Positions 29,101 through 38,248 of a stretch of DNA of 64,000 bases are shown piece by piece. How positions within the stretch are numbered: the stretch's first letter is position 1; every line of letters begins with the position of its first letter. The notes beneath the pieces are model-generated. The model was not told the DNA's origin and searched no databases. It saw only the letters and a list, made by a program, of their open reading frames with translations. Source of the stretch: an uncultured Gammaproteobacteria bacterium (GTDB lineage Bacteria > Patescibacteriota > Patescibacteriia > 2-12-FULL-57-11); the NCBI GenBank assembly GCA_964648865.1, contig CAZYLV010000001.1, forward strand, positions 84,509 through 148,508. The letters run 5' to 3'. Made by a program: the position numbers and the translations under genes.

Positions 29101-29205
29101 CATCTGGGCGCGCGCCGTGCGCGGGACGAAGAGCCCCGCCGACCCCAAGAAGAGGGTCAGCGAGAGCAGGAACGCCGCGGATGTTTTTCGCGCGCGTGGC
29201 GACAT
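20146..29205 (-). CDS. giant secreted Cys-rich cell-surface protein (3019 aa)
   Basis: N-terminal signal peptide (AFLLSLTLFLGSAGLFVPRTARAQ). Composition is rich in Gly/Thr/Cys/Asp/Pro throughout, with many CxxC and C-x-G-x-C patterns. No TM helix after the signal peptide. It is coupled to the upstream gene, with GAGG located 9 nt before the ATG. Confidence 0.7.
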   Translation of the reverse strand: MSPRARKTSAAFLLSLTLFLGSAGLFVPRTARAQMVVTDPVTGANTTINNVEDFLDKVLLGGVTMAFINAINYFAQKIAYDAAVYIASGGKGQGTLFQYKDFGAYLSDVALGAAGEAIGTFSEIGFLGFNLCEPSGPDAPRINLAVQLGIASQYQSPEPKCEWSDIAQSWDQFTTSFETGAILRNIQVSVGPGQTGLSALFQAPLKVKEKVSAQELISKLEREEGDGFKAVTDIVTGRQKTPAAVIRETALEQTARQSGQQQQSTASVIGPVLSKGVIQVLTVALGTFVNTLASTLLQSAFEGGLFETTGYDLACAFRDAVPDSREALSGLNCPPDLSDAESVVRGGRAAARAAFAGLLAPRVSEVASYDAVAEFTVCPDTLRGPNNCVMDPSFAAGVRVALQGEPLTVRQAIQQGYLHADWPLVPPTGEGASRNADPYCFTNAYCYSNLIKLRKARIIPIGFELAAEKADPDTTLGDVVSAFNDCDGPNGEFCKLIDPDWIIKYPVTQCRARVYGPTLLTADSDIRSEVCVDAPTCIAENPDGTCGTGYGYCTRERNVWRIEGDSCPAQYAGCQTYAGQGGRSLSVLTTTVDRGICSVENAGCRWYATAQDPAGDTGDWRADQGRLFLDRDAGTCDAQAAGCTELIRREGLEANLVRNPSFESREQTATRPDAWVGAPAAYVTDLFDAQDGSAAVVPGAGPFLQVIGIDPGETYAFSYHARWASGAAVGGAFAQLRVTDAAGTALSVPASDTSCAGMALAATPDSDVVFSRAACSFTAPAAAAFVEVSLTSSSGAQVDAVQLEYGRFESGFRATAYATTSRDYLTLPPAWLGCTGGDTDPPGCEDYAGICRQDEVGCDAYTPSTGGTPVPGIVADENRCPAVCAGYATYKEEASTLSFARYPVHLIPQRGDTCSVASAGCTEFTNLDLAAAGGEAREYYAQLRTCEKPAVGETVPVYYTWEGSDTTGFQLKEWRLKAGAAVGPGGARPPEVIRGTDLASCTREIYLAGTNPDCREFFDIAGNVSYRLYSRTIVITEECRPLRMTELPTDPAATDAASCSAGGGRFVDGRCNVCEGIGGTWNSTSVSDLGCTFNAYAPESRSCGAPEAGCRLYTGNAGANVRRLASWDFEGGSRDGWQPDAATAVSTESTAVGGHSLRVDAGTELTRGVVADPRIVQGDTYYLTFWAKGRGTVGVRFSGARPEQAFTAGATLGATWNRYSFGPVLVDWVPAADERLVFTGFTDTSFIDRVELTRVASNIALVKDSWTIPAVCDQNAAGAFLPQAQLGCTEYRAEKAERTEYLTGFSSLCREKAVGCTAFVQTQQSLSPGRESWNALCVLAAPAAAPTPCTVDGREVCTVGVNRRSCRYVADDVPLAVSFAMAAAGTCQVDGVTIVDGTGVPVRLGAPGTCVGRPQDLVVVPADRTVYVVDDGEHECDQGEAGCTLAGNPAGRTCTMPDGADADSAPDACTPGAGATTCDCTVGGELICRVAAGETACRAPLPWREPYPAGTAVAYADVPVLNNPQTYGESLCTIEAVGCQEWTEVGITTGKAYFKDPEDRTCEYRKTVRVGTREYDGWFRKGTDIPCDGSYVISGATYGIWRNGDVDYAGFAGLCPAQFSSCTEFLDPTDKDITAPLGRPYTYLKNQKIDLATCRDQVNPLDGCVLFNDTSSPVLSSSADVSNLAAEVRGGASAPVTCGPAGCGQCLYRSTISGTTCTSARWGGSCSVTEHCLDAEAGETGTCVLPAADGSPSEPRFAGGGTCSDRFLDGRGREVSLGDFQALYAPAQDDANVVMKVTRDRVCGEWLACQSSTPVWDPSRNRFIEICDAIGRCAEYQKSGDTSVCTRWVSREPTILTAETYASRETGYGALDYSGYSVPHMYDVESLRQIPVGRFCTDDATRACESDADCAGVGLCNQVPTFRLARVIGACDATAVDGDACDNADFPARGTGRCWSGFCAQSPYGSPVETATVLRDEPLPLTPFGIEQNTEAPSCRTYPERNAPFPNSVVREWKATSTPDFLRSLPKTVSPSFNRATLCERGQDCECTYEKIEYTGGQGTIYRSAVSEVTPPSGLCQGGPRDKQDCDPSAATSCGTGGTCNAISRVNTVQGIEGYCLERDLGFSINGLQDHSYEQPGRACITWLPVDRLSGNVDVYNNYPNAGFNVSGAAYCAVPDAYKRIAPYARFNTTSHSIMVGGDPYTVVMGCAENTLSDVIPECTPYCRAGSGGCVEPKILIDDEQGNPERDCPADEAFVVMAGVPSSSHDAAGVEDCPGRRTTYESGNHYICVPRNSRHMADPLKRPCEPPREQGLPMQRYNQATTSHCDEDGIGYVTPAQIPTYIQAPASYAEVWLLEGKTLKQSAGLDYPDDDVTITATGIEPDSALGHYADCVALDTPIPDGPNSPGTPFLGCEAAVTVATVGSPVLNKVYTGRLGNGRTTPPGAGYTITDPIGIRTETPELRYTWAQTPDALQPYGRAVTANIDEQTAANVDYSPVEHLTCRVDGTRAYNLPTVGGTCPAGATEVSNAESRPYATITAGGTGITCPVGEDGDVACSAAPGASQPQCDQGSGRVRACLQRCTVPSGGTDPCPGLGLGTCEFNVDLNAGFCTTPVDPGPVGVDTWATSPRACDSRWPIDGVRRRSDPHDREIVGTCVNADSSIGSRACVFESDCAHLRCVPTDPERPTAGICQNSGTGTGRVCDVDGVTCRSYGADAAGTGLPNLEYVLERLRQLFAATQSLFLYHRTDVNSNVNADYRVFAPGVPLPAEVDYDPASLVYDESHIVGQPPVVLAVEGCNTSNQCFEGATDRITVNGQSVGDIVGGNGFKQVSVRFFAYAQNDQMPIRNVIVDWGDGTNPSGNNPNSSYKNRRGYEYRVTTRPDGTEARELQSRCDGTTFGTSSDACDSTAPFAYNHAYICSSDPTARCWDGTNNCVRVQPDGREACVYRPRVQVQDNWGFCNGTCDAPGGTAASSCYNALTNSTLTSGGVTTNECALTPGNIRVNTPFTEYAGDIIVYPHE

Positions 29206-29214
29206 GGGGAACCT

Positions 29215-29886
29215 CTAGCGGGGCGTCGATGAGACGGCCTCGAGCGGATTGTTCTTCTCCAACGTCTGTCGGAAGAGCTGCATGAGCTGCTCGTCGGTGA
29301 AGTTCGAGAGGATGTCGTCGCCGACCCCGGCGCCGCGCAGCAGGACGCGCAGCTGCTCGGGCTCCATGTTCTCGATGAGGTCGGGGGTCAGCCCGACGAA
29401 ATCCGAGCCCGGCAGGGTGAGGGCGGTCGGCTGGCTGCCCGGCGTCGCCAGGAGGTCCGCGGGCTGCGAGCCGCGCGGCCCCACGGCGCTCGCGCCCGGT
29501 CCGCACTGCTGGCCTTGCGGGCAGTTGGGGTCCCCGCCCGCGGCGACCTCGGTGCCGTCGGCCACGCCGTCGGAGTCGGTATCGGCGATATAGGGGCTCG
29601 TGAGGTAGATGGTGAGCTCGTCGTAGTCGGACAGCCCGTCCTCATCCGTGTCGCGCTGCTTTTGGGCGGCGAGCTGCTCGGCGCGCAGCTGGTCCGCGGT
29701 CTTGTAGAGGCCGGTCGGCGCGCCGAAGGGCGCGCGGATGGTGCGGACGATCTGGGCCGCACCAAGCACGAACATCGCCGCGGTGACGACGAGCAGTCCG
29801 ACGAGGACGGTGCGGTGCTCTTGCGCCCAAGGCGCCTGACCCTCTTGCATACGAAGACCGTTCGCGCGCGACGAACGCGCCTTCAT
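29215..29886 (-). CDS. signal-anchor membrane protein with thrombospondin type 3-like calcium-binding repeats
   Basis: One TM helix (VLVGLLVVTAAMFVLGAAQIV). DTDEDGLSDYDE and DTDSDGVADGTE aspartate-rich Ca-binding-type loops. The start overlaps the rsmA stop (TAATG). Confidence 0.6.
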   Translation of the reverse strand: MKARSSRANGLRMQEGQAPWAQEHRTVLVGLLVVTAAMFVLGAAQIVRTIRAPFGAPTGLYKTADQLRAEQLAAQKQRDTDEDGLSDYDELTIYLTSPYIADTDSDGVADGTEVAAGGDPNCPQGQQCGPGASAVGPRGSQPADLLATPGSQPTALTLPGSDFVGLTPDLIENMEPEQLRVLLRGAGVGDDILSNFTDEQLMQLFRQTLEKNNPLEAVSSTPR

Positions 29887-30713
29887 TATAGTCGTTTGTC
29901 GAGCGCCGCCGCAAGCCGCATCCAGGCCGCCGCATCCAGGCGTTCCGCACGGACGTCCGCCGGCACGCCCGCGCCGCCGAGCGCCCGCTGCACCGCGGCC
30001 TTCTCGGCCACGCCCGCCGCCGCCAGGTTGGCGGCCAACGTGCGGCGCGGCGCGGTGAAACCTGCCTTGGCCAGGGCCAGGAGCGCGGCGCGGCCGGCGA
30101 GCGGCGCGGCGGCGGCGTGGACCACCGCGGAGCGCACCTTGGGCGGCGGCAGGAAGGCCGCGGGCGGGACGTCGCAGACCTTGCGCGGCGCGCCATAGGT
30201 GGCGACAAGCAGGGAGAGCAGGTTCTTCCGCGGCCTCCCGAGGATCCGCTCGGCCACCTCACGCTGCACCATGACGGTCAGGGCGCGCGGCAACCGCTCC
30301 GCCGGGACGTCCGGACCCACCAGCGCCCAGAGCAGCGGCGTCGTGATCTGGTACGGCAGGTTGGCGACGACGGAATACCCGGCAGGCAGGCGGAGGGGCA
30401 GGATCTCCAGCGCATCGCCCTCGACCAGCGTGAACCGTGCCTCACCGGAAAACCGCTCGCGCAGCAGCGCGGCCATGCGCGGGTCGAGCTCGATCGCGGT
30501 CACCTGCGCACCGGCGGCGAGCAGGCGCTCGGTCAGCACGCCCGTCCCGGGCCCGATCTCCAGCACCGCATCGCCGGGCGCGAGCGCGGCGGCGGCCAGG
30601 ATGCGGTCGAGCACGCCCTGGTCCACGAGCAGGTGCTGACCGCGCAGCTTGGAGAGCGCGAGCCCTTGGCGCGCCAGGAGCGCGCGGACTTCAGCCCTCA
30701 GGTCGCGGCTCAT
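29886..30713 (-). CDS. rsmA: 16S rRNA (adenine1518-N6/adenine1519-N6)-dimethyltransferase
   Basis: GQHLLVDQGVLDRI, SAM motif LEIGPGTGVLT and NLPYQITTPLL are characteristic of KsgA/RsmA. Confidence 0.85.
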   Translation of the reverse strand: MSRDLRAEVRALLARQGLALSKLRGQHLLVDQGVLDRILAAAALAPGDAVLEIGPGTGVLTERLLAAGAQVTAIELDPRMAALLRERFSGEARFTLVEGDALEILPLRLPAGYSVVANLPYQITTPLLWALVGPDVPAERLPRALTVMVQREVAERILGRPRKNLLSLLVATYGAPRKVCDVPPAAFLPPPKVRSAVVHAAAAPLAGRAALLALAKAGFTAPRRTLAANLAAAGVAEKAAVQRALGGAGVPADVRAERLDAAAWMRLAAALDKRL

Positions 30714-31869
30714 AGAAGGCGTAGAGCAGGGTGAAGCCGGCCGCCAACAGGAACATCAGCTCCCAGCCGGGCGGGAAGAGCGAGGCGATGATGAGGCACA
30801 GCGCCGCCGCGGTGAGCTTGCCGAGGACCACGGCGTGCTCGAGGAAGATGGCCGACTTGGTGACGGAATAGCTCCGGGCCTGGTCGTACGTCATGGTGAT
30901 GAGCGGGATGCCGACGGCCGTGCGGGCGCTGCGGTAGAGCGTGTCGGCGAGGAAGACGCCGCCCAATCCGCGCGTCACCAGGCGCATCAGCCAGGAGAGC
31001 ATCGTGTAGAGCGCCCCGAGCCGCAACACCCGGACCCGCTCCCCCGAGTCGGAGAGCCGCCCCACGGCCACGGCCACGAGCATGGTCATGAGCGTCGCCA
31101 GGGAGACGATGATCCCCAGGTCGAAGAACTCCTTGACCACCAGGTACATGAAGAGCGGCCAGACGATCATGACGACGAATTCCTCGCCGAAACCCATGTA
31201 GGCCACCAGCCGTCGGCGGTTCTCCGGCTTGAAGAGGCGCTTCCAGGCGTCCTCGTAGCTGAAGACGCGCGGCGTGAAGACCTCCGGCGTCATCAGCAAC
31301 GGGATGTTGGAGACGAGGATGAGCAGCGACACCAGCACGAAAAGCGTCGGGAAGCCGAAGGTCACGAGCACCAGCCCGCCGACCGCCGGTCCGGCGACCG
31401 CGGCCACCGAGGCCAGCAGCACCAGCACCGAGATCTCGCGGCCCGTCTGCCCGGCGACGCCGAAACGCGCGAAATCGGCATGGAACCCCGGCCAGTAGAA
31501 CATCTTCTGGATCGCGTAGGCCACGATGGCCACGCCGATGAAGACGGGCGAGTACGGGATGGCGAACAGCGACAGGTAGTAGATGATCAGGAAGGGCGTC
31601 GAGTAGATGATGCCGTGCTCATAGCCGCGCGAGCGGACGACCTTGCCGCCGATCGGCAGGATGGCGAAATAGACGAGGTAGATCCCCAGGTAGAACAGCA
31701 GGATGTGCTGCAGGGAAAAGCCCACCGTCCAGAGGTAGATGGGCTCGAAGATGAGCACGGCCGAGGCCGCGAACTGCAGGATGATGGTCGAGAGGTAGAG
31801 CTCCCGGACCTGCTGGGTGCGGTCGCCGCCGAAGAGGGCGGTGAAGGCGATGCGGAGGCGGTCGAACAT
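30691..31869 (-). CDS. MFS-type transporter
   Basis: Twelve or more hydrophobic helices in two halves with a central loop. The 3' end overlaps the rsmA start by 23 nt. Confidence 0.6.
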   Translation of the reverse strand: MFDRLRIAFTALFGGDRTQQVRELYLSTIILQFAASAVLIFEPIYLWTVGFSLQHILLFYLGIYLVYFAILPIGGKVVRSRGYEHGIIYSTPFLIIYYLSLFAIPYSPVFIGVAIVAYAIQKMFYWPGFHADFARFGVAGQTGREISVLVLLASVAAVAGPAVGGLVLVTFGFPTLFVLVSLLILVSNIPLLMTPEVFTPRVFSYEDAWKRLFKPENRRRLVAYMGFGEEFVVMIVWPLFMYLVVKEFFDLGIIVSLATLMTMLVAVAVGRLSDSGERVRVLRLGALYTMLSWLMRLVTRGLGGVFLADTLYRSARTAVGIPLITMTYDQARSYSVTKSAIFLEHAVVLGKLTAAALCLIIASLFPPGWELMFLLAAGFTLLYAFYEPRPEG

Positions 31870-31872
31870 AGG

Positions 31873-32466
31873 TCAGGGACGGACGGGTCCGGGGCGGAGG
31901 ACGACCACGCGCTCCCCATCCAGACGGACGACGGTCGAGGGGCGACGACGCGGCAGCGCACCGGCGTCGAGGAAGAGGTCCGGCATGGGGCGCCCCGCGA
32001 ACTGGGAGAGGAAGGCGCGGCGGCTGAAACAGGCGGGCCGGCCGCTGCGGTTGGCGGAGGTGGCCACGAGCGGGGCGCCGACCTGCGCGGCCACGGCGCG
32101 GACCGTCGCGGACGCCGGCACGCGCACACCGACCCTGCCGTCCGGCGCGAGCCCTGCGCGACGCACCCGGGCGTCGCGCACCGGCAGGACGACGGTCAGC
32201 GCTCCCGGCCAGTGCCGACGCACGGACCGCGCCGCCGCGGCGTCGAGGCGGAAGAAGCGGCGCACCTGCGCCTCGGACGATGCCATGAGGGCGAGAGGCC
32301 TGGGGCCGCGACCCTTGAGCCGACGGATGCGGGAGACGGCACGCCGGCGGCGGGCATCGGCCGCGAGCGCGTACGAGCTCTCGGTCGGCACCACGACGAC
32401 GCCGCCGCGGCGCAACACGTCCGCCGCGCGCCGCAGGCCAGGCACGCTCAGCGCGACGACATCCAT
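31873..32466 (-). CDS. tsaC: L-threonylcarbamoyladenylate synthase (YrdC/Sua5 domain)
   Basis: VVVPTESSYALAAD, LPGALTVVLP and PLVATSANRSGRPA match YrdC-family motifs. The start was trimmed to the M of MDVVALS. Confidence 0.75.
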   Translation of the reverse strand: MDVVALSVPGLRRAADVLRRGGVVVVPTESSYALAADARRRRAVSRIRRLKGRGPRPLALMASSEAQVRRFFRLDAAAARSVRRHWPGALTVVLPVRDARVRRAGLAPDGRVGVRVPASATVRAVAAQVGAPLVATSANRSGRPACFSRRAFLSQFAGRPMPDLFLDAGALPRRRPSTVVRLDGERVVVLRPGPVRP

Positions 32467-33368
32467 GTGACCGTCTTGGCGATGCCTCGCTGCAGGGAGA
32501 TCCGGGGCTTCCATTTCAGGACGCGCGCCGCCCGGCGCACGTCCAGCACGCTGCGACGCTCCTCGCCCGGACGCGCCGGGGCATGCACGGGCCGCGCGGC
32601 GCTGCCGGTCACCGCACGCATCTCGGCGAGCAGCTCGTTGACCGACGTCTCGACCCCCGTGCCCACGTTGAAGGTGCCGGAGGCGCCTTTGGTGAGCGCC
32701 GCCAAGAGCGCCCGCACCACATCGTCCACATAGACGAAGTCACGGGTCTGCTTGCCGTCGCCGTAGACCATCGGCCGTCGCCCGGCCAGGAGCGCCTGGG
32801 TCCAGATGGCCACGACGCCGGCTTCGGACGTGGGGCTCTGGCGGGGCCCGTAGACGTTGGCGAGCCGGAGCGAGACGTAGGGCAGCAGCCCGGTCAGCCG
32901 GTAGGCGCCGAGGTAGAGTTCCGACGCGAGCTTTGAGACCCCGTAGGGCGAGAGCGGGCGCGCCGGATACGTCTCCGGAGTCGGCAAGACGTCCGCGCCG
33001 CCGTAGATGGCACCGCCGGTCGACGTGAAGACGAACCGCTTGACCCCGCCGGCGGCGAGCGCGCCCTTCACGAGCCGCAGCAGGCCGCAGACGTTGGTGC
33101 GCGCGTCGAAGACGGGATCGGTGACGGAGAGGCGCACGTCCTTCTGCGCGGCCAGATGGTAGATGGCCTCGGGCTTGAGCCGCCTGATCAGGCGCTCGGC
33201 TCCCTCCGCAGCGACGTCGCCGCGCACGAAACGCGCCTTGGCGTTGAGGTTTCCCCGGCTGCCCGTGGAGAGGTCGTCGAGCACGGTCACGCGGTGGCCG
33301 CGCGAGACGAGCGCGTCCGTGAGATGCGAACCGATGAAGCCCGCGCCGCCGGTGACGAGGATGCGCAT
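32448..33368 (-). CDS. NAD-dependent epimerase/dehydratase (GalE-like)
   Basis: MRILVTGGAGFIGSHL Rossmann motif and a YxxxK-type segment (SPYGVSKLASE). Confidence 0.8.
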   Translation of the reverse strand: MRILVTGGAGFIGSHLTDALVSRGHRVTVLDDLSTGSRGNLNAKARFVRGDVAAEGAERLIRRLKPEAIYHLAAQKDVRLSVTDPVFDARTNVCGLLRLVKGALAAGGVKRFVFTSTGGAIYGGADVLPTPETYPARPLSPYGVSKLASELYLGAYRLTGLLPYVSLRLANVYGPRQSPTSEAGVVAIWTQALLAGRRPMVYGDGKQTRDFVYVDDVVRALLAALTKGASGTFNVGTGVETSVNELLAEMRAVTGSAARPVHAPARPGEERRSVLDVRRAARVLKWKPRISLQRGIAKTVTWMSSR

Positions 33369-33375
33369 AGCGACC

Positions 33376-34495
33376 TTATTCTACCACCTCTTTCCCCTTG
33401 CGTTTGGGGCGTCCTTCCTTGACCCAACGCAGGTAGGCCTCGACGAAGCCGTCGAGGTCGCCGTCGAGCACGCCCTGGGTGTCGGAGGTCTCATGCGCGG
33501 TGCGGTGGTCCTTGACCATCTGGTAGGGCTGCAGCACGTAGGAGCGGATCTGGTTGCCCCACTCGGCGCTGGTGTAGGCGCCGCGCAGTTCCTCGCGCTC
33601 CTTGGCGCGCTCGGCCTCGGCGATGGCCGCGAGCTTGGCGCGCAGGATCTTCATGGCGGTCTCGCGGTTCTGCAGCTGGCTGCGTTCGTTCTGGCAGGAC
33701 ACGACGATGCCCGTGGGCAAGTGGGTGATGCGCACCGCGCTGTAGGTGGTCTGCACGCTCTGGCCGCCATGGCCCGAGGAGAGGAAGGTGTCGATGCGCA
33801 GGTCCTTGGGGTCGATGGCGACTTCCTCCACCTCGCCGAGTTCGGGCAGCACCTCTATGAGCGCGAAGCTGGTGTGCCGCATCTTCTCGGCGTCGAAGGG
33901 CGAGATCCGCACCAGCCGGTGCACGCCGTGCTCGCTCCTGAGCGTCCCATAGGCATAGGCGCCTTCCACCGAGACGGTAGCGCTCTTGATGCCCGCCTCG
34001 GCGCCGCGGTGCTCGTCGATGACGCGCGTCCGGAAACCCTTCTTCTCGCAGTACCGCAGCACCATGCGCAGCAGCATGGCCGTCCAGTCCATGGCCTCGG
34101 TGCCGCCGGTGCCGGCGTGGAAGGCCAAGATGGCGTCGGTGCGGTCGTGGACGCCGGAGAAGAGCACGGTGAACTCGAGCTTCCCGTATGTCCGCTCCGC
34201 GTCCGCGAGCGCGGCTTCGATGTCGACGCGCAGCGACTCGTCGCCCTCCGCCGCGAAGCTCCGCAGGTCGGCGACGTCCGCGCGGAGCTTCTCCCAGGCC
34301 TCGATCTCCTTGCGCGACGCCGCGGCCTTGGCGGAGACGGCTTGCGCCCGGTCGGCATCCTGCCAAAAACCGGGCGCGGACATCTCCTGCTCGAGCGCAG
34401 CTACCTCGTTTTTGCGGGTATCCAGGTCAAAGTAACCTCCATGCGGAGGCGATGCGCCCGTCAAGGACAGTTGCCCGTTCGACCAGGTCCTTCAT
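33376..34495 (-). CDS. prfB: peptide chain release factor 2, with programmed +1 frameshift
   Basis: SPF tripeptide motif, GGQ motif (HGGQSVQTT) and RITHLPTGIVV. A frame-0 ORF of 22 codons runs from ATG 34495 and ends at CUU UGA C. The main ORF continues in the +1 frame from 34428. Confidence 0.85.
34427..34432 (-). promoter_or_regulatory. prfB autoregulatory +1 frameshift site CUU UGA C with upstream internal SD-like GGAGG
   Basis: Minus-strand sequence GCA UGG AGG UUA CUU UGA CCU read directly. It has the same architecture as the E. coli prfB site. Confidence 0.7.
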
Positions 34496-34499
34496 GCGA

Positions 34500-34847
34500 T
34501 TACAGGTTGACCTTCTTGGCCCAGTCGCCCACCAGCGGCAAGTCCGTCTTCTTCCCGCCCAGGGCGTTGATGATGCCCATGATCGACAGGATGAGCACCG
34601 CGATGGACCCGAAGAAGCTGATGATCCACCCGAGGATCGGGAAGATGCCGATGACCATGAGGGCGATCGCGGCGATGAACAGGACGAAGCCCTGCTTGGC
34701 GTGGTACTGCACGTACGGGCTGTCCTTCTTGCCCAGGAGACCGACCAGGCAGAGCACGGAGACGTAGCTGATCGCCGCGATCAGCTTGTTCTCTTCGACA
34801 TCCTTGTCCATGCCCCCCTGCGGCGCCGTCTTCTGCATCTCGTCCAT
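34500..34847 (-). CDS. DUF4870-like small membrane protein
   Basis: AAISYVSVLCLVGLLGKKDSPYVQYHAKQGFVLFIAAIALMVIGI pattern. The start was trimmed to MDEMQK; the track's upstream extension is unlikely to be coding. Confidence 0.5.
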   Translation of the reverse strand: MDEMQKTAPQGGMDKDVEENKLIAAISYVSVLCLVGLLGKKDSPYVQYHAKQGFVLFIAAIALMVIGIFPILGWIISFFGSIAVLILSIMGIINALGGKKTDLPLVGDWAKKVNL

Positions 34848-34984
34848 AAGGATCTGCGGGAATAATGATGATATCGGCCCCAGCATAGCATCCCGCGGCC
34901 CGGTGGACAACCGGTTTTGACGCCGCCTCGAGGCAGGAGTAGTCTCCCAGCCGACGCCTGGAAGCGGGCGTCTGGAGGTGCAGC

Positions 34985-35350
34985 ATGCCGGACTTCGGTT
35001 CGCTCTGGCCCAACCGTCGACGGTCACGGCCGCCGACCGCCGACGACCTCGTCGCCGACGCCATCCATCGCAATCCGCCGACCGAGCGCGACGCCGAGGA
35101 CACGGACTACGCCGCCCTCTTCCGTCGGCTTGCGGACCAGGCGGTCCGCGCCTATCGCGGCGGCACGTCGGTCGAGGTCGCGCTCGACGACGCGGAACGC
35201 GCGCTCGTCACGGCGGAGCTCATGCCGATCATCGCCGGCTTGCGTCGCTACCTGCAGCACGCGCTCGGCCTCTCCAGCGAGCCGCACATCGAGTGCGACC
35301 TGCGCGGCAGCCGGCTCGGCCGACCCATCCGCTTGCGCGTCACCCGGTGA
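34985..35350 (+). CDS. hypothetical protein (121 aa)
   Basis: GGAGG SD 6 nt upstream of the ATG. It has its own terminator. A lone plus-strand gene among minus-strand operons. Confidence 0.45.
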   Translation: MPDFGSLWPNRRRSRPPTADDLVADAIHRNPPTERDAEDTDYAALFRRLADQAVRAYRGGTSVEVALDDAERALVTAELMPIIAGLRRYLQHALGLSSEPHIECDLRGSRLGRPIRLRVTR

Positions 35351-35361
35351 CGCGCCGTCCC

Positions 35362-35383
35362 GGACCCCGCGCGGTCCTTTTTT
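35362..35383 (+). terminator. rho-independent terminator
   Basis: GGACC-ccgcgc-GGTCC followed by TTTTTT. Confidence 0.55.
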
Positions 35384-35427
35384 CGTATCAGAAAGCCCCG
35401 TCGGATGACGGGGCTTTCCTCTGCCGC

Positions 35428-37354
<1,927 letters not shown>

Positions 37355-37381
37355 AGACACGGAACACGTTAAGAATTCCCG

Positions 37382-37408
37382 ATTAGCACTCGAAAACGTG
37401 GAGTGCCA
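37382..37408. promoter_or_regulatory. CIRCE operator (HrcA binding site) upstream of groES
   Basis: TTAGCACTC-N9-GAGTGCCAA. One mismatch to the consensus TTAGCACTC-N9-GAGTGCTAA. Confidence 0.75.
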
Positions 37409-37459
37409 ATTCGCGCGGTATCTTAGGAAAAGGCCGGGAAGCCGTCAAGACGTGCGGAC

Positions 37460-37481
37460 AAAAAAAGCCGCTGATGCGGCT
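37460..37481 (-). terminator. rho-independent terminator
   Basis: AGCCGC-atca-GCGGCT followed by TTTTTTT on the minus strand, after the stop at 37502. Confidence 0.55.
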
Positions 37482-37501
37482 GCCGGCTGGCTGGCCGCGG
37501 T

Positions 37502-38233
37502 TCAGGGCCAGGTCAGGGTGGCGATGTCGGAATCCTCCAGGAACGCGTGGAGCGCCAGCATGTCCCGCGCGACGGCCGCGGCGGCCTTCGGCGCCATGCC
37601 TTGGCTCCTGCGGCCGAGCTGGTCCACCGCGTCCCGGGTACGCACCAGGAACGAGAAGCCCTTCCGCTCGCAGGGGCTCAGGTACTCGCTCAGGCGCGGG
37701 AACAGCAGGCAGACGTCGCCGATCGCGAGGCCGCACCGCACGCGATGCAGCCCCTCGCCCTCGCCGTCCATCTGCGCGAGATGGGCGTGGACCAGGTCGC
37801 GTTCCACGAGGATGTGGTAGGGACGCGATCCGCCCCCGCCGCTGCAGCCACGCCAGGAGTCGACGCCCATCGCAGGCATTCGCCCGTCGATGACGGGCAG
37901 CGGGCTTCCCTCGCGGAACTGCTGGGCGCACCACAGCTCGAACTGCCGCGCCGTGTTCGGCCATGGTTCCTCGCGGGACCAGGTCGGCGACCAAGTCGTC
38001 TTCTCGCCGGGCGCGAAGCGGTCCGGAAGATCGTAGCCCGTCAGCCCGACGAACGCGGTCAGGCTGCCATCGCGGCGCTGCCGGCAGTACCGGAACTCGC
38101 CCCAGTCGAAGAGCGTGTCGTCCGGGCTGTCGATCCACTCCCGACAGGGGTCAGGCACGAGCCGCTCGAGGATCGGCCACACCCGGGGCCGCGCCGCGGA
38201 AGGCGCTGATTCGGTCGTCACGTCCATTGTCAA
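37502..38233 (-). CDS. hypothetical protein (243 aa)
   Basis: Clean ORF. Trp/Cys-containing. No motif recognised. Confidence 0.5.
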   Translation of the reverse strand: MTMDVTTESAPSAARPRVWPILERLVPDPCREWIDSPDDTLFDWGEFRYCRQRRDGSLTAFVGLTGYDLPDRFAPGEKTTWSPTWSREEPWPNTARQFELWCAQQFREGSPLPVIDGRMPAMGVDSWRGCSGGGGSRPYHILVERDLVHAHLAQMDGEGEGLHRVRCGLAIGDVCLLFPRLSEYLSPCERKGFSFLVRTRDAVDQLGRRSQGMAPKAAAAVARDMLALHAFLEDSDIATLTWP

Positions 38234-38248
38234 ACCTCCAGCACCGTC

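Noticed and set aside
35392-35417. AAAGCCCCGTC-ggat-GACGGGGCTTT hairpin as the groEL terminator
   Set aside because: It is a perfect stem but has no U-tract on the groEL strand. It may assist the adjacent plus-strand terminator or act as a Rho-dependent or processing site. It was not listed as a confident terminator.
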